Shown here one piece after another: positions 49,501 to 61,144 of a DNA stretch of 64,000 nucleotides. Origin of the DNA: Paramoeba atlantica. Its lineage: Eukaryota > Protista > Discosea. A program made the position numbers and the translations under genes. The notes beneath the pieces are model-generated. The model did not search any database and was not told where the DNA came from. It saw nothing but the letters and a program-made list of their open reading frames with translations. The stretch is taken from contig CDRNVI010000149.1 of the NCBI GenBank assembly GCA_977017575.1, forward strand, positions 1-64,000, given 5' to 3'. The number at the start of each line of letters is the position of its first letter. The stretch's first letter is position 1.

Positions 49501-51490
49501 TGATTTTTAGTGAGCACCAGAGTCAACAGTCAAACTGTGCAACTCCACAGTAAGCAAACAAGAAGCAAACTTATCTGTGGGTGGCTGCTGGAAATAGCAG
49601 CAGTTGCAAGTCAAATTCTACACCAACCTGGGAAAACACTGGTTATTCTTGATACACTCAGTTGAGCACATCATGTATTCTATCAAGAGGAAGATGCTCA
49701 AACTCCAATTAAGAAGTCCTGGAGAGACTGGGAGTTAAAAATGTGGAAAACAAAACAACATTTTAACAAACAAAAAATGGCAATATTGAAGCTCTGTTCT
49801 CTCTCAAAAACCTGTCATAGGGTAGATGAGTCCACCAGAGATGGAAAGGAGTTATTGGCTAAAATGGGTCAGTGCACAGAAAGCATGGGTCAGCTTGGTG
49901 GCCAATCTGCTCAAGGAAGGAGCAGGGGACTCTCTCAAGGATGACTATCTGGGATAGCTGTTGGGTCAGCTTCATGTAAGACACTGGGCAGTGTGATGGG
50001 TTAGCTTCAGACAATTCCCAGCAAGACTGAGTGTAATGACATTTCTGACTCTGGAAGTGAGGATGAATTTAGGTCAAGTACACAACCAGGTGAACCTACC
50101 AGAGTTCATACAGTGCCTGAAATACAACCTCTTATAAATAAGGAGCCAGAAGGAGCAAAACTGTCAGATACTGGTGCTGGCCACACTGGATCTGAGAATC
50201 AGAATGATTCAGAAAAACAATGGATCATAAAGGACCAAGAACAATACTGGAGCAATATGAAGGATCAATTTTGTCAAAGAATGAGAAATTTGATCTTAAT
50301 TAGAGAATACCTGAGTTTTGTAAAGACATTCAGAAATTATTGGAAACAAGATGACATTATTGTCTCAATAATACATATACCCATATCTTATCAATTGTGG
50401 ATGCCTTCACAGGGTACTTTTCATTATTTCTGCTGAAAGCTGTCATCACAAAAGAGATGGCACAATGCCTCTTGAAATATGTTACAATCCATTCAATGCC
50501 ACCGGAAATAGTGACTGATGGAGGGGCCCAGAAAGAACTCTTTGTGGAATTGACACAAATCTGGGGAACACACCATGCAAAGGTCTCCCTCTATAACCAC
50601 AAAGGAAATGGCAAAGTGGGAACAATTCATTCACCTGTTAAAAACATGATGAGGGCTTTATGTCCAGAAATATCAAAGGGACTGTGGGATTTGCTCCTTC
50701 CAATTGGTGGAATTTGCTTACAATACCCAAGTTCATTCTGTAACAAAACAAAAACCTTTCATGTTACAATTTGGTCGAATACCAACATATCCAATCAATG
50801 TTACACTGGGAACATCAAACCCAAAATTGGTTACTTCAGATGAATATGTGGCTAATGTGAGGGATAAGATGTTAGAAATCTTTCAACTGGTAAATGAAAA
50901 ATGAAGAGATTCCAAAGAACAAAGAGTTGATGACTATAATGCTCATCAAAGAACTCAAATTCTATCAGTTGGAGACTGAGTCCTTCTTCTAAATCATGAA
51001 AAAAGGAAGAAATTTAACCAAAAATTCAATCCAAGGACACAAGGTGATGTCCATATGATAACTGAGGTTGTTTCAGCTCAAATATATCGATTAAGGAATC
51101 TCAAAACAAGATGGATTCTTCCACAACCTGTTCATGGAAGTGAATTAATATGAAAGGGTTGAGATTGAAAAGGAACAAAACCTGATAAAGGAGAAAGAAC
51201 TCCCACCAGAAGATGGATGAAGAAGTCTGAGCTATAGAATTATCTCAGAAAGAGAATTTGATGGTTATCAACAATATTGTATGGAAATCCAACCACCTAC
51301 TGGAAGAAAATGACATGAGTGGTGGGAGAAAGAACACCTGGGAGGTACAAAAGAGTTGAAAGATTACCTCAAGGCAAAGAAGCCTCAAAAAGGTTATTGG
51401 TGGGCAGACTGATCAATAATGGGTGGATTTTCCCTGTAAGAACTTTGAATTTTGTTCAGAACTGACAAAGCTGCATTCAAAACTCTGCTT

Positions 51491-51503
51491 GCAAGGGGGG
51501 GGG
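51491..51503 (+). promoter_or_regulatory. Polypurine tract
   Basis: gcaaggggggggg directly before the TG of the 3' LTR. Confidence 0.85.
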
Positions 51504-51711
51504 TGTAAATAATTAAATATCCAAATATGGAATATTATAAATATGTATAACACCTTTATTTGAATCCTTGTTGAATTCAGTTCAACTGATTGCAGTTCAT
51601 TGTTGTCAACATCCTGTCACTGTGTTCTCTCCTCTCTACTCTCTCACTTGTTGATTTCCCAGTTTCTCAACTGTGCTTCTTTGAAACCTCAGAAATAAAA
51701 CAAAATCTACA
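51504..51711 (+). repeat. 3' LTR (208 bp, TGTA...TACA)
   Basis: TG...CA termini, preceded by the PPT, aligns to the 5' LTR. Confidence 0.92.
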
Positions 51712-54700
51712 AAGGATTGCTCCATCCAAGAAAGCTTCACAACAAAAAAAAAACAAGATGTCACATAAAAACAAAAAGGAAAAAGGAAATGGAAATGGAT
51801 ATAAAAATAAAAAATAATATCGACAAGAGAGTGAGCCAGGCTGAGAAAAAAATAATCATAACAACAATAAATAACAACAATAATAAAATAACAAAATAAC
51901 AACAACAATATTCCAAACAAAGTACACTATTGGGGAGAATCAAACAAAACAACAACAGCAACATTCACAACAGACTCTTTGCCAACAAATACTTTCAGGG
52001 TGAAATCATTCCAAACAGTTTTAAATAATATATGTGACACAACCAAAAAACCTAGAATAAAGAAAGAAACAACAATCCATAAAAATAACCCAAACAGTAA
52101 TTCTCTCTCAAAGATAAGTTGAGGATCCAAACTTTTAAACAACTCTCCCAACAACATCTCAACCAACCAACAAAAGAAAACCAAATAATAATAAAAGCAA
52201 ACATAACAAAAAAAACCTTTTTTGAAGAAAAAAAAGAATAGGTCACACAAGTTCCAACAAACACAAGCAAGAAAAAACAGTCCAAAAAACTCACATCAGT
52301 AATTATTCAATCCCTCACTCTTGTTCCCTTTTGGAGGGGGATATCTTTTTTTTTGAATTTCATTCAAGAAAACAAAAAAAACCTAACTCTCAGATTCTCC
52401 ATCAACCCTCTGGCTCTCTGGTAACAAAAAAGAGAAGTAACCCACCAAAGAAAAGAAGAAATAAGAAAAAGAAAGCACAAAAAAACAGGAAAAGGAAAAA
52501 GAAAAAAAGAAAAAAAGAAAGAAAACAAAAAAAGAAAGAAAAAAAAGAAAGAAAGAAAAAAAAGAAAGAAAAAGAAAGAAAAAAAAGAAAGAAAAAGAAA
52601 CCACAACTTGAAGCAACATATTTAACCCAATCATGATCACAGTGACCTATGAAAGAAGAGAAAAAAAGAGAAAAGGAAAAAGAGAAAGGAAAAGAAACAA
52701 AAAGAGAGAAAAAAAAGGGAAGAAAAAAAAGGGAGAAAAGAAGGGAGAAAAAAAGAGAAGTAAGGAAAAAAGAAAAGAGATGATGGCAAGAACAAAAACA
52801 GAAAACTAGAGTGGGGAAGGTGCAACACTCTTTTTTTAGCCACAAAAAAAAGATTTTGGGGTTTCACAATTTTTTTTACCCTTTGTTTTTTTTGTTTTTT
52901 TTGTTTCCTTTCAATCCTTTTTGCATCTCCCAAGTCTTGGTCATGTTTCACAAAGACACTATCACACTCATCATCAAGACAAAAAAAAACACTCAAACAG
53001 AAGGGATTGAAGAAAATTGGAACAAAAAGATGAAGAAAAATGAAAAAATTCAATATGTGGGAATTGAACCTGTCAGGTGAATAGATGGTTCTTGCCCTTC
53101 TCCTTACTCTCTTAGGTTCGAAAAAGAAGTCTTTCAATCCTCCTCCAAAGAAGAGAAGACAAAAATAGAAGACATTATTTGAAAAATAACAAACCAAAGT
53201 CACCAGGGTTACCAAAATGAACCTAGGATTTTCATACTCTCTGGGTGCTAATTTGAAAATTCATACCCAAAGAGTATAAGTTTTCTTCCTTGAGGTCATT
53301 TGAGCGTTGCTTGGATCACCACTGATAGGGAAAGAACCAAAATAACACTTCTTCATCCATTCAAGAACGAAAGTTCTTTTTATGGTTATCCAATAAGTTG
53401 ATTGTTTCAACAAAAAAAAAGATCAAAAGAGATGAGTTCTCTGGTCAAAAAAAATGAGAAAAAGGAGGCAAAAAGAAAAGATCAGAAGAGTAAGATAAAG
53501 GAAATAGGGGAAATAAAATGGAAACAAACAAAAAAAATCTAATGATAAAGAAAAAAGAAAAAAGAACCCTAGTAAGCTGATAGTCTCACAGCTTAACCAT
53601 CTCAGTCAGGTCCCATTTCTCTCGAAGCTCTTCTTTCTCAGAAGACAAAGGAATGCCAAATCAAAGGTTCCCAACATTGAACTGGGGTGAGTCATAAAAT
53701 AATTGAAGAAATAATTGAAATTCTCAAGGGTCCACCAGGTTTAATCCTCTTATAACATCAAAGAGAAAAGGGTTGTTTGAACAAATCAAAAGAACTTTTT
53801 AACTTGTTTATAACACTCTTTACAATCTTTTCAATTTGTTTTGCCTTTCTTGATCTTGAATGTTAATCACAAATAAATTATTAAAAGCCAAGTACAAAGT
53901 GGAGACATTATACAAAGAGGAAAGCAATTATCCCTTTTAAAAGAAAAGAAAAGAAAAAAAGTTAGTTTTTTTGATTAAAAAAAACAAAAAACAAAAAAAA
54001 ACATCATCATCACAACAAGACACCAAAACCCCTCCCTCCACCACAGGTATTCAACAAAACCAAATAACCATAACCCAAATATCCACCCAAGAAACAACCA
54101 CCTATAAACAACTGCCAACAAATAACAAATAACAAACAACAAAACAACAAACAACAATTCCCCCCCCACAAACAATGCACAATACTCCAGGAACAACAAA
54201 ACACAAAATAAAGAAGCTCCCTTCATTCAAAAGGAAAGTCAATGAATTTTAAAAAAAACAAAGGGGAAAGAAAGGAGGGAAGGAAGGAAGAGGAAAAAGA
54301 GAAAGGAGGAAAAGAGGGGGGAAAACAAAAGAGATAAAAAAGAAAAAGGGAAAGTAAAAAAGGGAGAAAAAGGAGAAAGATAAGAAAGAAAGAAACAAGA
54401 GGAAGAGAAGGAAAAACCTCTGATTGAAAGCAGATCAAGCAAGGGAAAAAAGAACCTTGGATGTGTGGTCTCAAGTCTCTCAGCAAGAATTGTATCATAA
54501 GAAGAAAAAGAGTTGTTTGAACAAATCAAAAAAACTTTTAATTTGTTCATAAAACTCAAAAATTGTTACCTAACTAACAGAAAAAGAAAAAAAAAAAAGA
54601 AAATGAAAAGAAAGAAAAAGAAAAGAGAAAAAAAAAGAAAAAAGAAAGAGGAAAAGGAGAAAAAAGAAAGAAAAAGAAAAAGAGAAAAAGAAAAGAGGGA

Positions 54701-54879
54701 GAAAAAAAAGGAGAAAAAAAAGGAGAAAAAAAAAGAAAAAAGAAAAAAGAAAAGAAAAAGAAAAAGAAAAAAAAGAAAAAGAGAAAGAGAAAAAGAAAAG
54801 AAGAAAAAGAAAAAAAGAAAAAGAACCAACAAAAAGATAGAGACTTTTGTGGTGTGTGCAGGGGAGGGGGGGAGGTTGT

Positions 54880-55700
54880 GTGTTACTCTCAAGAACATCA
54901 ATATGATCTGCCAGTTTCTCATCACACTCTTCCTGAGCATTTCAATCTTCTTCTCTCTCTTCTTCTGTTGTTCCTTTGAGGCTTTTCTTGGAGTTCTCAG
55001 AAACTGAATCAACATCATCAGTATTCTTCTCATCACCCACTTTCTCTTCATCATCATCCACTCGATTTTCGATCTCCTGATGACTCTTCACTGCTGTCAC
55101 CATCTTGTTTGCTCTTTTTTGGGAGGAGAAATAAAGCATCTTCTCCAAGTCTTGGTCACGTTTCACAAAGACAGCACATCACACTCATCATTGAGATAGA
55201 ACACTTGAGAACTACAGTTGAAAGTTCCATACACATCCTGGATGTTCCTTCAGAGGCTTTGAAAATCTTTGAGCTTGAACAGAACAATCCCACAAACAAA
55301 CAAAAAACAAAATCACCAAAAAGACACCACCACAAAAAACAAAACTTAGACTGGAAAAAAAGGAGGGTGGTTTTGGGGAGGGGTGGTTCAATTCCCACAA
55401 AATTTTCCTTTTTTTTTTTGACTTTTTTTTTGTTCAGTGAAAGCATTGATTGGGGTTTGGTTTGGGCGGGTTTGGTTTGGGCGGGTTTGGTTTTTTTTTC
55501 GAAGTGAGGGGTTGGTTGTGGAGAGTTGTCTTCGAAAAATGAGAAACACTCAATGCAAGATGAATCTCCTTTCTGTGTCTCAAATATGTGTAAAACTTGG
55601 GATGTGCATCCTGTTGTTCTGGATTCTGAGCAAATTCGTGTGTGATGAAAAAGAAGAGGATCAAGTTGAGTGATTCTCAGGCGGCAATTTTGAGCGGTCC
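54880..55700 (-). pseudogene. Unidentified decayed coding sequence with an acidic tail
   Basis: Frame LKDFQSL*RNIQDVYGTF...VFYLNDECDAVFVKRDQDLEK...EEERED*NAQEEC with TGA breaks; a paralogous piece lies at 52925-52980. Confidence 0.4.
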
Positions 55701-55968
55701 TCAATGCAATTGGATTATTATTATTTAGCTTTGCCCCAACACACCAATAGACACTTCACTGAACTGAGCCAACTTTTTCCAAAAAACACAGGTTTCTTCG
55801 TCCCCCTCCTTGACTTGACCCAACACACACACACACACAAAAACTCAAAACAAAAACTCAAAACACAAAAAAAACAAAAACCAATCAAAAACAATCAAAA
55901 ACAACCAAACCAAAACAAAACAAAGTAATCCCTTCTTGTGTGATTGATCGATAAATACAACTACTACT

Positions 55969-56483
55969 ATGGCTTCTGTGGTTCAATTTTCTGATGAATG
56001 TATCCTCTCTATTGCTCAGTCTGTCAAATCTGGGAAGTCAAAAGGGGTGTATCTTCTTGATCAACAACATGGAAAATGTTGAACTGAATTATCATGATTT
56101 ATCAAAAAGTGGGGATGTGGTGGATGGACAAACAGAAAATGAACTGAATTCACAACTCATCTCCCAAGAGACAAATGTGCATATGGATTGACTCACATCA
56201 AAAATACATCTCTCCTTCTGATCACATGTGAAAGGAGTAAATTAGTATTTGTGATGTGGGCACCATACAAGAGCTAAAATCAAAAGAAAAGATGGTTGTT
56301 TCTTTTACTGCAAATGGAATTGTTGGAAAGATTGGAGAAGGTGGAATTTCTTGTTAACTTCAGGGTGGTTCAGTTGCATCTGTTGATTATGATGAAAGTT
56401 TTGGAACATGCATTGGCACAATCTACAATGAAGTGAGAAAAAAGAAAGAGGAAATAACCCCTAATAAAAATTTAGTTCACTAA
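55969..56483 (+). pseudogene. ADF/cofilin-like pseudogene (no intron seen)
   Basis: Hand translation: MASVVQFSDEC...EFTTHLPRDKCAYG...RSKLVFVMWAP...AKIKRK/MVVS...LQG...VDYD fits ADF-H domain motifs; three TGA, one TAA and frameshifts. Confidence 0.7.
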
Positions 56484-56977
56484 AAGTGTGCAAAAAGTTG
56501 CTGTTTTTTTAGTTTTTCTTTGTTGTTTGCCTCACATTTCATTGGTATTTTTGTTGGTATTTTATCATTCTCTCTGGGTACTAATTTGAAAATTTGTACC
56601 CAGAGAATATGAATTTTACTCAAACTAAGAAACCAAATTAGACCATTGATGTCTCCTTCAAAAAGAAAAAAGAGAATGTTTTTTTGGTACTGGGATTGGG
56701 ATGCTTTCAACTGGGTATGACATACTTTCCTTTCCTTTTTTCTTTTTTAAGAAGTGAAAAAAATGAGAAGAAATCAACAAAGAAGAAAACCACAAAATCA
56801 AAACCAATTGAGACTCTTTAAGGCAAACCTCCAGAATTCCAGCAAAAAGGGAAAACCAAAAGAAATCGTGGTTCCACTTGCATTTTTGTTTTTTGGGGAG
56901 GGAGAGTGTTTTTTTCGGGGTCTGTTGTAAAAATGACAAAGCATTAACCCAATAATGGCAATACATAAATAAATTGA

Positions 56978-57366
56978 AAGAATTTTTTAAAAGTGGACAC
57001 TTATTTTCCAGGGCCCCTTTGAATGATCCCTCTCTTTGGTTAGTTTTTCGAAGAATGAAGTCTCGAAAACATTTTTTTTCGAAGGATTATGTTTCGAAAC
57101 CATTTTTTTTCGAAGAATCATGTTTCGAAAGGTGATTCTTGGAAAAAAATGATTTTGAAACATGATTCTTCGAAAAAAAATGGTTTCGAAACATAATTCT
57201 TCGAAAAAAAATGTTTTCGAGACTTGATTCTTCGAAAAAAAATTTTCAAGACTTGATTTTTCGAAAAAAAATGATTTCGAAACTTCATTCTTCGAAAAAC
57301 TAACCAAAGAGAGGGACCATTCAAAGGGACCCTGGAAAATAAGCGTCCACTTTAAAAAAAATTCTT
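56978..57366. mobile_element. Foldback/MITE with ~90-bp TIRs and internal ~30-bp TTCGAA-rich repeats
   Basis: The arm starting aagaattttttaaaagtggacac... is the reverse complement of the arm ending ...gcgtccactttaaaaaaattctt; inner repeats switch orientation midway. Confidence 0.8.
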
Positions 57367-57367
57367 G

Positions 57368-57625
57368 CACTACGGGGAAAACGCCCCAAAGATGTTTCAA
57401 ATATGGCGTCGACAGCCCCTATTCTTTGGACAATTTATTTGATTTGGGAGGAAAACCCGTTTTCCTCCATTTTCGAAAGAAAAATCCAGTTCAGTTTGAA
57501 AAAATTCAAACGGAAAGAAGAGAGCAAAATCACAGGTTTCAGAAATCAAATAAATTGTCCAAAGAATAGGGGCTGTCGACGCCAAGGGCTATTTGAAACA
57601 TCTTTGGGGCGTTTTCCCCGTAGTG
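57368..57625. mobile_element. CACTA-ended MITE (258 bp)
   Basis: CACTA...TAGTG termini; 36-bp perfect TIR plus a further 42 bp after a 5-nt indel; no perfect TSD (ttg vs tat). Confidence 0.85.
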
Positions 57626-59206
57626 TATATTGCATGATGAAAAAAAGAGAAAAAAGGGAATGAAAGAAAAAACAAAAAACAAAAACAAGAGAAAAAGAGA
57701 GAGAAAGAGAAAAAGAAGGGGAAAAGAGAAAAAAACATGATACTAAAATATCAAAGAAATAAAGGGAAAAGAAAAAAGAAAAAGAAAACCAACCTCTATT
57801 AACACTTTTCTTTCTGGCAAACAAACTCTAGTTTCTAGGATACCACCATATTCTTGGGTTCTCTTTTGGGTTGTCTTGTCTGGATTGGCTTGGATTGTCC
57901 TGAACAACCAACCAACAACCCAACAACCGACCGACAACCAACAACAAGCTCTCAAAAAACACTTCTCTTGGCTCTTTTGAAACAATCAATAACATCCAGC
58001 AATAACAATAGCAACAACAATCAAAACAATCACATTTATACCAAAATAAAACCTGAACACTACACAGTGAAGAAACGAAACACCAAAAGTTTACAACTCA
58101 AAACTCTAAGAAGAAGGTTTGTAAGTGAAGAAGAAAACAAAATAAAAACAAAATACAAAAACACAAAAACAAACAATTAAACTACTTGACAAAAACACCA
58201 AAACAACAAAATAACAAAATAAAGAGGGGAAAAAAAGAAACCTGTGGTGATGTAACAAGAGTGGCAAACTCCCTCTCCTTGTGAATTGTTGGGTGGGAAT
58301 AGACTCCACTTCTGAGTTCAAGCAAAATTCACGGTACCTCTTAATATATTAATTAATTCATCATTGCCAAGAAGAAGGAGGTTAAAAGAAGTCAAAAAAT
58401 AGCCATATTCTCCAAATTTCTTGCCAAACTTAACCCCCTTCTTTCTCTTCTTTCCGCAATGGAGTGGAGCACGAAACAAAATGGAGGTCTCTGAACATGC
58501 AGCCAGATTATTTTAATATCTCATCAGGGACCATCTCGAGAGGTTAGAGAAAGAAAAGAAAGAAAAATTAGTATTCACAATTTTTGAAGAACACCATCAA
58601 AAGGGAGAAAAAGAAAAAGAAGAAAAAGAAAAGTAGAAAGAAAAGAATAAAAGAATAAAAAAGAGTAAAGAGAAAAAAAGAAATCTTGAATGGTCTTTTC
58701 CACATTTCCCCTGAAAAGAGTTTATCAATAGAAAGAAAAAAAGAAAAGGAAAAAGAAAGAGGGAAAGAGGGAAAGAGAAAAGAAAACCCACTCAAAAAAC
58801 AACAAAAATGAAACAAGGGGAAAAGAAAAAAAAAAAACACAGCAAACACAACGATAAATTGGCCACAAAAGAAAAGAATGTTAACATTGTGTGCGCAAAA
58901 CCACCATCAAAAAAAGTTCTTCTTTTTTCTCATGTTCAATGAAAAAAGCAACACACAACAAGATTCACCAATATCCCTCACCAATGTAATAGTGATCCAT
59001 CAACAAAGATTCTTTTGTTCTGGATCAAAGAGCATAACCAAAGGTCAAAAACAACTCTCGATTTAGTCTCTCACCACAATCTAAAAAAGAAAGAAAAGAA
59101 ATAAGAAAAGAAAAGAAAGAAAGTAAGAAGAAGAAAATTAGAGAAATATAAGAAAAAAACAAACACCCCACGATTTTTTGAAGATTTTGCTGAATTCTTT
59201 GTACCC

Positions 59207-59210
<4 letters not shown>

Positions 59211-59249
<39 letters not shown>
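59211..59249. repeat. (GA)n microsatellite
   Basis: Read directly from the sequence. Confidence 0.95.
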
Positions 59250-59251
<2 letters not shown>

Positions 59252-59749
59252 GGCGATTTTGTTTTTTGAACAAGAGGTCCCCGAAGAAGAGACCAAACGG
59301 AAACGAACAAGGAATTCCCTAATATAGGAATTTATCTCATTCTGCCGCGCTAGATTTAGCTCTCGAATTCATTTTTTTCCCTTCTTTGTGTCTCTTTGGC
59401 AACACACGTGTTGAATCCTTTGTTGCTCTTTCTTCTTCTTAGCGTTGCAGCCAGCCTGTGCCTGCTTTCACTCCTTTTCTTTGTTTTCTGCTTTTTGCTT
59501 TGCTTTCGCTTTTACCATTGAAACTTTCGTTCTTGTTTGTTGACTTTCAACCCTGAAATAAATCTCTGATTTACGCCCATTTCTCTTTTTTGGAGAGAAA
59601 AAAAAAAAAAGAGAGAAAAAAAAAGGACTGAGAGAACAAAACCAAGAAAGAGGAACCAAAAATGAGAAAAAAAATAGCGGCCAAATGACGGACCCCTATT
59701 TCGGGTCCGAAAACCTCTATCTTCTTTTTTTCTCCTGTCTTTTCCTCTT

Positions 59750-60015
59750 TTCTTTTCCCTCTTTTCCCTCTTTTCCCTCTTTTCCCTCTTTTCCCTCTTT
59801 TCCCTCTTTTTCTTTCTTCTTTTTTTTGTCCCTGAGTACATTTTCTTCTCTTTTGGATGTTCCAAATTTTTGGATCCAGTGTCTTTTCTCTCTTTTTTTT
59901 TTTTCTCTCTCTGTTTTTTCGCTACTTTCCCTCCTTCTCTCTTTCTCTCTTTCTCTCTTTCTCTCTTTCTCTCTTTCTCTCTTTCTCTCTTTCTCTCTTT
60001 CTCTCTTTCTCTCTT
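59750..60015. repeat. Pyrimidine minisatellites (ttttccctc)n and (tctctctttc-like)n
   Basis: Read directly from the sequence. Confidence 0.85.
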
Positions 60016-60085
60016 TCTTTCTCTTTTTTACTTTTCCCTTCCTTTCCTTTCCTTTCCTTTCCTTTCTGTGGGGTGGTCGGTTTCC

Positions 60086-60121
<36 letters not shown>

Positions 60122-61144
60122 CTTCTCTCTTTTCTTTTTTCTTTCTTTTCTTTTTCATGCATCACAAAGAACGGAATTACGAATGAGAGAGAGAGAGAGA
60201 GAGAGACAGGTACACCACATGGCCACCATGGATTTTCAGCCATTTTATTTTAGAACGATATTTTCATATCCCCACAAAGAACACAACACTGAGCATTGAT
60301 TTTTTCACACTCTCTGGGTACGAATTTTTAAATTAGCATCCAGAGAGGATGAAAACCCAAAACAATATACTTCTTTGAATATCAGATCCTTTCCCAATTT
60401 AATCATCTCTGAAAAAAGAAAAAGGAAGAAAAGTAACCCCCCCCCCCTCCCCCTCATGGTATGGTTTGGAACCTACCTCTCTCTCTCTCTCTCCTTCTCT
60501 GGCTTGCTTTTGGCATTTCCTCGGGGCAACCTGTTTGGTTTTTCTTTTTTCTTTTTCTCCTGATTTTTTCTTCTGATTTTTTTTTTCTTTTTTTTTTTTT
60601 TCTTTTTTTTTTTCTTTCTTTTTTTCTTTTCTTTTTAATTGACTTTAATCTCTTTTACAGGCTCTTTTTTCGACAATTTTTCTTAAAGCCCAGTATTGTG
60701 TGTTTGCTGTGTTTGTTTCTCATTTATTTATCTTATTTATTGTTATTTTTTTAACTTTTAATTTTTTCCCTTCTTTTTTTAATTTATTTTTTATTTTTTC
60801 TTGTTTTTTCTTTATTTTCTCAACTTTTTCTATTTTTCTATTTATTTCTTTTTCTTTTTTTTTTCTATTCTTTTTCTTTTCTTTTCTCTTTTTTTTTTCT
60901 TCTGTGTTTTCTTTTTTTCTTTTCTTTTTTCTTTTTATTTCTTCTTTTTCTTTTTTTCTCTTTTTTTTTTCTCTTTTTTTCTCTGTTTTTTCTTTTTTTT
61001 TTTTTCTTTTTTTTTTTTTCTTTTTTTCTTTTCTTTTTCTTTTTTCTTTTTCTTTTTTTTCTTTTATCACCTCATGTTTGCTGTCAACTCATTAGTTGAG
61101 CCCAAACTTAGAAATTTTTGGTGTTTTGTTCCTTTCAGATCAGA

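Larger units (their letters stand above)
46272..51711 (+). mobile_element. Decayed Ty3/gypsy LTR retrotransposon
   Basis: Domain order PR (ALCDSRA, 47566-47586), RT (VDYRELN, YIDD ~48840), RNase H (FYIHVDTS), IN (DAFTGY, IVTDGG, AYNTQVH); two LTRs, PBS-like site, PPT. Confidence 0.92.

Noticed and set aside
46262-51716. TSD for the gypsy element
   Set aside because: The right flank aagga has no convincing match at the mutated and uncertain left edge.
58420-58560. F-box-like start (LEMVPDEILK) on the minus strand
   Set aside because: Too short, followed by stops, no supporting motif.
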